A stretch of DNA of 20,000 nt from an uncultured virus (IMG/VR IMGVR_UViG_3300008117_000046). Lineage: Duplodnaviria > Heunggongvirae > Uroviricota > Caudoviricetes. The position numbers and the translations under genes are program-made. How positions within the stretch are numbered: position 1 is the stretch's first letter; each line of letters opens with the position of its first letter. The stretch is taken from IMG/VR virus record IMGVR_UViG_3300008117_000046; one strand, 5' to 3'. Below the pieces are notes generated by a model. That model saw nothing but the letters and a program-made list of their open reading frames with translations, did no database searches and was not told the origin of the DNA. Below are positions 1 through 6,197 of this stretch, piece after piece.

Positions 1-378
1 GAATCGTTTTTGTCTATGCGCCCGTGACTTAAAAGGAATGTGGCGGTTGATACGCCGTCCCCTTCTACCCCGTCGCATTAATCGCCGATTATCCATGCGT
101 TCTCTTACTCGCTTAAAGGGAAGTTCTAAGTGAGCTTTCCAGAGAGTGAAAAGAGAGGATTGAACGCCAATTCCAGAGAATAATTTACCCGGGTCAATAC
201 CAATGGCAATCGGTTGGGTTTTACTATCGGAAGGCTCGGTGATTAACTGGACATAGAAAATATCTAAGTCGTTGAATTTACCGATAGCTTTTCCTTCCTT
301 AATCCACCGTCTAGCCCGACTAGGTTTAGTCGGCATTAACGGTTTTCCGTCTTTTGAGATTACAGGTACTCTTTGCAT
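1..378 (-). CDS. isrB: IsrB/IscB-family OMEGA RNA-guided nuclease (RRXRR/PLMP domain), N-terminal 126 aa; continues past the left edge
   Basis: Not in the ORF track. Manual translation from ATG at 378: [31 protein letters not shown]...[17 protein letters not shown]...[23 protein letters not shown]. This shows the PLMP motif, RuvC-I (GIDPG) and an Arg-rich bridge helix. Presence or absence of HNH (IscB vs IsrB) is not visible; IsrB is preferred from recalled resemblance to cyanobacterial RRXRR proteins. Confidence 0.88.
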   Translation of the reverse strand, partial: MQRVPVISKDGKPLMPTKPSRARRWIKEGKAIGKFNDLDIFYVQLITEPSDSKTQPIAIGIDPGKLFSGIGVQSSLFTLWKAHLELPFKRVRERMDNRRLMRRGRRGRRINRHIPFKSRAHRQKRF

Positions 379-594
379 GGGAGATAATCCTTAAGAGTAA
401 AGTTTAAGTCCCTTAGCCCACCAAACAAACTATGTCTTGTCTTACAACGTCTCACCAATGAGACTTAGAGGGAATCCGAACTAGGGAAGTATTCAGAGGT
501 CTGTAAGATTGTTCGGCTCAACGGGCTAGTCTCTACTTGCGTTGCCTAAATTGGTCTAGGCAAGCCCCGTCTCTTTTAGGGTGGGGTTAGTGAC
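379..594 (-). ncRNA. omegaRNA (HEARO-like) scaffold, copy 1, including element left end
   Basis: About 215 nt immediately upstream of the PLMP ORF. Begins GTCACTAACCCC...GGGGCTTG (hairpin), has internal stems (e.g. GTCTCA-ccaa-TGAGAC at 449-464) and ends AAGGATTATCTCCC-ATG. Homologous to 734-948 and 2742-2957. Confidence 0.85.
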
Positions 595-733
595 CAGTTA
601 GCTGGACATAGAAAATATCTAAGTCGTTGAATTTGCCGATAGCTTTTCCTTCCTTAATCCACCGTCTGGCCCGACTGGGTTTGGTGGGCATTAACGGCTT
701 TCCGTCTTTTGAGATAACAGGAACTCTTGCCAT
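587..733 (-). pseudogene. Truncated isrB/iscB copy 2 ([16 protein letters not shown]...FYVQLT), interrupted at 595/594 by element copy 1
   Basis: Nearly identical protein to the first 45 aa of the 1..378 ORF, with many synonymous differences. Homology stops abruptly where the GTCACTAACCCC end of copy 1 begins. The true start is the ATG at 733, not 784. Confidence 0.85.
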
Positions 734-948
734 GGAGATAATCCTTAAGAGTAAAGTTAAAGTCCCTTTCCGCAACACAATCAAGATGTCTTGTCTAACA
801 ACGTCTCACCAATGAGACTTAGAGGGAATCCGAACTAGGGAAGTATTCGGAAGTCTGTGCCAGATTGTGTCTCGATGCGGTAGTCTCTACTTGCGTCGCC
901 TAAATTGGTCTAGGCAAGCCCTACCCTAAAAAGGACGGGGTTAGTGAC
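734..948 (-). ncRNA. omegaRNA scaffold, copy 2
   Basis: Same 5' GTCACTAACCCC end, same core (GAATACTTCCCTAGTTCGGATTCCCTCTAAG) and same AAGGATTATCTCC-ATG 3' end as copy 1. Confidence 0.85.
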
Positions 949-1116
949 ACTCCAGATATAGGGTAGGGCTACAGACAATCCCAGAGATAGAGTAGGGTTA
1001 ATGACCATTATCAGCCCTGTCCTTTTAGGGTAGAGTTAGTGACAGATCTTGCTCCTGTCTTTTTAGGGCGGGGTTAGTGACATTTACTCCTGTCGCCCTA
1101 AGGCGGGATTAGTGAC
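949..1116 (-). repeat. Tandem array of five degenerate copies (28-38 bp) of the element left-end/omegaRNA 5' hairpin
   Basis: Minus-strand units start at 1116 (GTCACTAATCCCGCCTTAGGGCGACAGGAG), 1081 (GTCACTAACCCCGCCCTAAAAAGACAGGAG), 1043 (GTCACTAACTCTACCCTAAAAGGACAGGGC), 1005 (GTCATTAACCCTACTCTAT) and 976 (GTCTGTAGCCCTACCCTAT). The full scaffold follows at 948. Confidence 0.8.
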
Positions 1117-2198
1117 TAAGTCTGAATTTCGAAGCTTTCGGGATCTATGCCTTTATTGAATTCGATTACAGCTTCGCGGGCTGAGGTGTGCTTGGGATCA
1201 ACACGTACTGCATGGTAGTCATTAGTGCTGGGGCAACGCATGGTTAGGATATGCGCGTCCTCGCCACCGAAGTCACCACGGATGATGTGTAACTCGTACT
1301 CATTACCGTAACCTACGTAGCTAGTAGTATTATAGGTGCTGATGATCTCACTATCCAGGCGCGATAGAATATTCTCGTAGCCCAGCGCCTCAATGAGAAT
1401 ACGGCGATGCTCAGAGTTCATGCCCTTCTCATCATCAAGTAACCATTTGGGATCCCAGGTGGAGCTATGACACTGCATGAAGGCCGGTAACGGGGTACCG
1501 TGCCATAACCACAATTCAACGCCATCAGAGAACTTAATTGCGGGCTCACCATCGCAATGAATATCGCCGTCCAGAGTATAATGTACCTTGGGCCGCTCAC
1601 ATACAATACATAACTCCTCATAGGTGTATACCCACGATAAGTTTTCAGCAATGAGCATGTACTTATCGTAATCCTCCATAGTCACGCCGAGTACCTCGAC
1701 GCTGAAGTTAGCGAATGCAGCAAAGCTCATACGGCACTCGTAAGAGAAGTGACCATTAGCAATATAATTGCTACACTCCTTATCCTTAATAGGATCAATG
1801 GGGCCCCGCTCTGCAACGTAAGCATCGACGAGTTTCTGGAGTACAGCCTCGTTCTTAGGAGTAGCGGGCTTACGCTTAAAGAACTCCTTGATTAATGTGA
1901 GTTCAGTCTTAGTAAACTTAGTTTTAGTCTTATTACCCTTAACGATACTCTGCTCTTCCTTCTCAGCTTTATTGAGAAGAGCAATAATACTGGCCGCCAT
2001 GATGGGCGAGCTAGTGAAGATAGTACGCGGACAGTCGAGATCTCCTAAGTCACAGTGTTTCTTGAGTAGGGCATATAGTTCAGTAACTGCTTGGCGGGCT
2101 AGCACTTTATCGAAGGGGCGATCCACCATACGGATCCAGCGCTCCTTGTAGGTAGGAATTAGCTTTTCATGTTCCGGAGTTAATTCAAGATAAGTCAT
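1116..2198 (-). CDS. DUF6745-like protein, 360 aa
   Basis: C-terminal IVCERP...IHCDGEPAIKFSDGVELWLWHG...NSEHRRILIE..GYE...MRCPST..YHAVRVDP..SAREAV pattern is typical of this family. Confidence 0.7.
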   Translation of the reverse strand: MTYLELTPEHEKLIPTYKERWIRMVDRPFDKVLARQAVTELYALLKKHCDLGDLDCPRTIFTSSPIMAASIIALLNKAEKEEQSIVKGNKTKTKFTKTELTLIKEFFKRKPATPKNEAVLQKLVDAYVAERGPIDPIKDKECSNYIANGHFSYECRMSFAAFANFSVEVLGVTMEDYDKYMLIAENLSWVYTYEELCIVCERPKVHYTLDGDIHCDGEPAIKFSDGVELWLWHGTPLPAFMQCHSSTWDPKWLLDDEKGMNSEHRRILIEALGYENILSRLDSEIISTYNTTSYVGYGNEYELHIIRGDFGGEDAHILTMRCPSTNDYHAVRVDPKHTSAREAVIEFNKGIDPESFEIQT

Positions 2199-2257
2199 TG
2201 AAAAATTAGGTTTGAAATCCCGCCCCTTAGCGATAGTGGAGGGCGGCTTTACATAAA

Positions 2258-2378
2258 TTAATAAGAAACAATTAAAACGCTAGAACGACGAATTAACTGA
2301 ATCTTGCTAACAGTTATCTATTCCAATTGTCTCCAACTGGTATCGCTTACAGATAGCTGTTTTTCCATTAACATAACC
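2258..2378 (-). pseudogene. Degenerate 3' end of an isrB gene
   Basis: Reads GYVNG / (frameshift) KQLSVSDTSWRQLE*ITVSKIQLIRRSSVLIVSY*. This resembles the recalled C-terminus of cyanobacterial RRXRR/IsrB proteins and lies just before the right-end hairpin. Confidence 0.6.
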
Positions 2379-2384
2379 AAGTCT

Positions 2385-2741
2385 TTACTTGTCTTTTGCC
2401 CCTGTCCAAAATTTCTGCTTCCACACAGATATTTCAGCCTTTTTGATGGCAATTTCCCATTCTAAGTCGACTATTTCTCGCTCGAGTTCAACAATTTTAC
2501 TATTAACTCGCTTTAAATCGGCGATAATTTCTTGTTTATTGCGTCTATCGTAGATAGTCAGTTCATCCTTTTGTAATTTCTCAAGAATAGAGTCTAGGAA
2601 AGCGGTTAAATTGGCCGAGGGATTGTCTATATTACCTAGACGCATCAATACCTGTACCGCTTTGACAACGTCTTGCTCATAAGCTTCTCTAGAGGGGTAA
2701 TCTTGGGGTTTTTTGAGATTTAAATCGTCAATGATATTCAT
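2385..2741 (-). CDS. Hypothetical 118-aa protein with C-terminal coiled coil; cargo occupying the isrB position
   Basis: Intact ORF whose ATG follows AAGGATTATCTCCT, the same position as the isrB start in copies 1 and 2. No PLMP or RuvC motifs. Heptad pattern IIADLKRVNSKIVELEREIVDLEWEIAIKKAEI. Confidence 0.75.
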   Translation of the reverse strand: MNIIDDLNLKKPQDYPSREAYEQDVVKAVQVLMRLGNIDNPSANLTAFLDSILEKLQKDELTIYDRRNKQEIIADLKRVNSKIVELEREIVDLEWEIAIKKAEISVWKQKFWTGAKDK

Positions 2742-2957
2742 AGGAGATAATCCTTAAAAGTAAAGTTAATGTCCCTTCCCGCAACACAATCAAGATGTCT
2801 TGTCTAACAACGCTTTACCAATAAAGCTTAGAGGGAATCCGAACTAGGGAAGTATTCAGAGGTCTGTGCCAGATTATGTCTCAATGCGGTAGTCTCTACT
2901 TGCGTTGCCTAAATTGGTCTAGGTAAGCCCTACCCTAAAAAGGACGGGGTTAGTGAC
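2742..2957 (-). ncRNA. omegaRNA scaffold, copy 3
   Basis: Near-identical to copy 2 (734-948), with compensatory changes in one stem (GCTTTA-ccaa-TAAAGC at 2812-2827). Confidence 0.85.
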
Positions 2958-2968
2958 ACTCATTCGCC

Positions 2969-2992
2969 AAAAAGGCCGGCACTAGGCCGGCC
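2969..2992 (-). terminator. Intrinsic terminator after the 3018..3392 gene
   Basis: GGCCGGC-CTAGT-GCCGGCC followed by TTTTT on the minus strand. Confidence 0.75.
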
Positions 2993-3017
2993 ACGGTAGA
3001 GGTTGCGGTAATTAGTA

Positions 3018-3392
3018 CTAGTCAGCTACAGAGCGAAAACCAGAAGGAGTATACTCTTGCTGAATACCGATCTTGTAGAGCCCCTGCTTAAAGATAATGG
3101 GACCGTGTTCTTCGTGCTGAAGACGGGCCGTACTAGCATTTACGCGGAGGTACAGAGTACCACTATCATCAATACGGAAGAGTTCAGCAGCCTTATTTTC
3201 ACCGATGATTGCATTGTTGTTGCCCGTTTCAATAGGAACAACCTGATGTTTATGGCCAGTGACTTCACCGTATGCTAAGACAGTATTATCAACACGAGTA
3301 GCTTTCGATAAGTCGATGCTGTCTTCTGGAATACGTTGAATAAGTACGTCACCTTGACGAGCGAATTTACTGAAAGTAGGAATAGTAGACAT
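3018..3392 (-). CDS. Conserved small His-motif protein (QGDV...GExTGHxH...HEEH), usual partner of DUF6745 genes
   Basis: Motifs RQGDVLI, LAYGEVTGHKH, LQHEEHGPI, GLYKIGIQQEY. Confidence 0.75.
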   Translation of the reverse strand: MSTIPTFSKFARQGDVLIQRIPEDSIDLSKATRVDNTVLAYGEVTGHKHQVVPIETGNNNAIIGENKAAELFRIDDSGTLYLRVNASTARLQHEEHGPIIFKQGLYKIGIQQEYTPSGFRSVAD

Positions 3393-3455
3393 TGATTATA
3401 ACTCCGAGAATTTACTGACCCCACGGACTGGGGATATTGACATTAACCTAGTTTT

Positions 3456-3483
3456 TATTAAACCGGGTTGACTAGAAACCCGG
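3456..3483 (-). terminator. Probable terminator after the clamp-like gene
   Basis: CCGGGTT-TCTAGTC-AACCCGG followed by TTTAAT, 4 nt past the stop codon. Confidence 0.5.
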
Positions 3484-3487
3484 GCTG

Positions 3488-4576
3488 TTACCTTACTACG
3501 GTAACATTCTCAGTGAGTAGAGCTCTAGTAGATAAACCATTAACCTCCTTCTCTAGGAGAAGTATAGATATAGTCTTATCTCCTATTATAAAGGCTCTAA
3601 CAGTAAGTTGGATAGGTCCCTCCCCTCGTAGGACTGCTGTAAGATCACAGGCCCGCAGATTAATAGAGGCCTCACCAGTAATAGTGCACGGTATAGAGGC
3701 GGGCTCCCCTGCACCCTTCACTAATAGATTATTATTATTAGTGAAGTGCAGTTGTATGGCCTGCCCCACACTGGCTCCTGTACTCTGCCAATTGATAGCA
3801 CCCAATAGTAATCGAGTATCAACTGTAGTTGATGCACGGAACTCAGCATCAGGTGCTCTATCGAAGTGGGGTATCTTATCTGCTTCCTTACCGGTGAGTA
3901 TAGAGAGGGAGCCCCGCGCGCTATCTAATATTAGTCGACGAGGAGCGCGGCCCACTGATAAGGTGAGGGGACTCTCTAGATAAGATACTAACTGAAGCTG
4001 ACGGGAGGTCAGGTTAGCAGACCAACGAGCAATTGGGTTATCAGCCCACGATACCTGTACATAGGCACTAGCCGCTACACGACGAGTAAGAGAACAGCCA
4101 TCAGGCGTGATATCCAGACGTATGTAATTCTCCTTACTCTTATAGTCAGTTATAAGACGCATAGCCCCGGCTATCAGATTACTCTCTAGTATGCCCTCAC
4201 TCTCTAGTACCACAGGAGTAGCAGGGGAGCCATTATAGATAGGAGTAGAGTTAGTACCATATGCACCTAGTCTATAGACTATTTTATCCTCTTCTATATC
4301 GATAACAAGCGAGGTGGGTGTACCCATACGACAAGTTAGATTAAGGAGGGGCCCGCCAGGTACTAGGATATCTGCATCATCTGCCTGCACTGGTAGTTTG
4401 AGTACTAGGCTATGAGAGCCCAGGTGATTACCACTCAGTTGCATTTGTCCTTTACTTATAGTCATACGCACACAAGATGCGTCAGCTCGCGGGCTGTCTT
4501 TATCTAGGCAGGACACTACTGCCTTTAATGCGGCTACGTACTGAGGTACATTAATTTGGGCTACCGATACTGTCAT
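3488..4576 (-). CDS. Divergent DNA polymerase III beta-subunit (DnaN)-like sliding clamp
   Basis: 362 aa, matching DnaN size. The N-terminus (ALKAVVSCL...CVRMTISKGQMQLSGNHL...LKLPVQADDADILVPGGPLLNL) follows the DnaN domain I pattern. Lies near the polymerase genes. Confidence 0.55.
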   Translation of the reverse strand: MTVSVAQINVPQYVAALKAVVSCLDKDSPRADASCVRMTISKGQMQLSGNHLGSHSLVLKLPVQADDADILVPGGPLLNLTCRMGTPTSLVIDIEEDKIVYRLGAYGTNSTPIYNGSPATPVVLESEGILESNLIAGAMRLITDYKSKENYIRLDITPDGCSLTRRVAASAYVQVSWADNPIARWSANLTSRQLQLVSYLESPLTLSVGRAPRRLILDSARGSLSILTGKEADKIPHFDRAPDAEFRASTTVDTRLLLGAINWQSTGASVGQAIQLHFTNNNNLLVKGAGEPASIPCTITGEASINLRACDLTAVLRGEGPIQLTVRAFIIGDKTISILLLEKEVNGLSTRALLTENVTVVR

Positions 4577-5117
4577 TGCCGTCGTTATCAGGATCTATAT
4601 TGAATGAAGAGAAGTCCATGATATCCATATTATCACCGTCGAGGGTAATGCCCTGATTGATTAGAGCTTCTATGGCCTCTCTTCTCTTATCCTTTGCGTA
4701 GCTTTCAGTATAGCTATTGAGTACATGCACAGCACGCCACACTCGACTTAGGAACTTATCCATCTTCTCCTTATTTAACGTAGCGTAGTTAAAGGCGGCC
4801 CTGTACTCTAACACTATAGCTACATCATTTGGGTCATGTTTTATATAAGCATAGAGATAACCAAAGTCCAGCACTAGGGCCATATGGTCAGACATAACCA
4901 ACATATCCACATGACTCATTGGATTAAACTGTACCCATTCGTAACGAAACTCACCTATACCGGTATCACTTACGATATCCAGATAACTCCTATCATTAAT
5001 AGCTACCTGCTGGGCAAAATCATCTGTTAGTGGGAAGTTACTTAATGAAGCCTCGATGGCCTTCATGGGGTTATATAGCCCCAGTAATCGTAATATTTTA
5101 TCCATTAATGTGACCAA
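4551..5117 (-). CDS. Hypothetical protein, 188 aa, acidic C-terminus
   Basis: ORF overlapping both neighbours in the replication operon; no motif recognised. Confidence 0.7.
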   Translation of the reverse strand: MVTLMDKILRLLGLYNPMKAIEASLSNFPLTDDFAQQVAINDRSYLDIVSDTGIGEFRYEWVQFNPMSHVDMLVMSDHMALVLDFGYLYAYIKHDPNDVAIVLEYRAAFNYATLNKEKMDKFLSRVWRAVHVLNSYTESYAKDKRREAIEALINQGITLDGDNMDIMDFSSFNIDPDNDGNDSIGSPN

Positions 5118-6067
5118 TAGCGGTGTATATTTGGCTTAGCCCGGCATGGTATATCGGAGCCCAGCACATCCTTAAGTATATAGTTACCTGCGCTCTCCAT
5201 CTGATATAATGCAGCAGCGGCATAACGTTGTGCCAGCATAAACTCATCGAGCTGCTGACCAGTATAGTAGTCCTGATCCAAGATAGGTACTACTCGAGAG
5301 TTAACTACCTGCCATGCTACATAGCCCGGCACTAGTAGATTGATTTCATCGTGAGTAGCGTTGATAATACTAGCCCGCCGTTCTCCTGCATCTATAGTCT
5401 CTATAGCCTGCCTTACTCGCGGTAGTGAGATCTTCAGCATCTCACTACCTGAGCTCTGGATAACAGAATTAACTGCCTTTCGCCGCGTAGTACTTTTACC
5501 AGCTATACCCTTAGCATTATCCTCATTGACATTGATGAAGCGGCCCATAGCGCTACGAACCCATCGAGTACGGGAACATAGGCTCCCCGTAATCTCAATC
5601 CAGGTATAGAGGCCATGGAAACCTGTGAAGTACTGCTTGAGTAGACGCCCTGCCTCCTTGTCATCACAATTGAGGTCTGCTGCTAAACTACTAGCGCTAC
5701 CGCCATATATCACTTTGAAGTTCATGATCTTACCCTTCTTCCGCCAGGGCGAGATGACAGGATCATCTGCACTCACAGTCCAGGGCTCGTTTACCATGCG
5801 CCGTTCTATATCCTTATTCAGGAACGTACTAGCGACTAGATGCTGATCTACCTTGGGGTCAGTATAGGTTAGACCCTCAGGCGACAGGGGGAGGGGCCGT
5901 ATACCTCTATGGTACTCATCTTCGAGTACGTAAATCTCTGTAATAGCAGAATCCTTACTGAAGGCCCCCGCCAATCTTAATTCTTGACTCGAGAAGTCTA
6001 CGCTTACCCATGCATAGCCTGGTGGGGCCTGCAGAGCAAAGCGACTATTCATCTTTATTTTCGTCAT
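5105..6067 (-). CDS. polA: Family A DNA polymerase, C-terminal (palm/fingers) half
   Basis: Motif A SVDFSSQELR, motif B RKKGKIMNFKVIYG, RKAVNSVIQSSGSEMLK, motif C THDEI. Confidence 0.92.
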   Translation of the reverse strand: MTKIKMNSRFALQAPPGYAWVSVDFSSQELRLAGAFSKDSAITEIYVLEDEYHRGIRPLPLSPEGLTYTDPKVDQHLVASTFLNKDIERRMVNEPWTVSADDPVISPWRKKGKIMNFKVIYGGSASSLAADLNCDDKEAGRLLKQYFTGFHGLYTWIEITGSLCSRTRWVRSAMGRFINVNEDNAKGIAGKSTTRRKAVNSVIQSSGSEMLKISLPRVRQAIETIDAGERRASIINATHDEINLLVPGYVAWQVVNSRVVPILDQDYYTGQQLDEFMLAQRYAAAALYQMESAGNYILKDVLGSDIPCRAKPNIHRYWSH

Positions 6068-6197
6068 GCCTATATTGACTGAGGTCTATTACTCTAACCC
6101 TACCAGTATTAACATCATATAATAATGCCGTATCCTTCTCAGAGGGATAACGGTTGGCTAGTATACCGCGTAATCGTTTATTACTAATTGTCTTCAA
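6045..6197 (-). CDS. Small 50-aa ORF bridging the two polymerase halves (MKTISNKRLRGILANRYPSEKDTALLYDVNTGRVRVIDLSQYRHDENKDE)
   Basis: TTG start at 6197 preceded by GAGGAGGA. Open across the whole gap and overlaps both pol genes. Below the ORF-track size cutoff. Confidence 0.55.
   Translation of the reverse strand: MKTISNKRLRGILANRYPSEKDTALLYDVNTGRVRVIDLSQYRHDENKDE

Larger units (their letters stand above)
2199..2957 (-). mobile_element. Non-autonomous IsrB-type IS200/IS605 element (about 760 bp): left end/omegaRNA, cargo ORF, isrB 3' remnant, right-end hairpin
   Basis: Left end GTCACTAACCCC at 2957. Right-end hairpin CCGCCC...GGGCGG at 2220-2246, followed by ATTTCAAACCTAATTTTTCA and then ATGA (2198-2195). 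The interior is AT-rich and compositionally unlike the flanking phage genes. Confidence 0.75.

Noticed and set aside
734..784. N-terminal extension MIVLRKG... of ORF 587..784
   Set aside because: Lies within the omegaRNA scaffold; comparison with copy 1 puts the start at ATG 733.
949..1116. Canonical CRISPR array
   Set aside because: Repeats are degenerate, variable parts are under 10 nt, there are no cas genes, and the units match the omegaRNA/IS left end.
6068..6183. Group I intron or split intein joining the polymerase halves
   Set aside because: Gap is only 116 bp with no recognisable P/Q/R/S core, and there are no Cys/Ser-start or His-Asn-end intein motifs.
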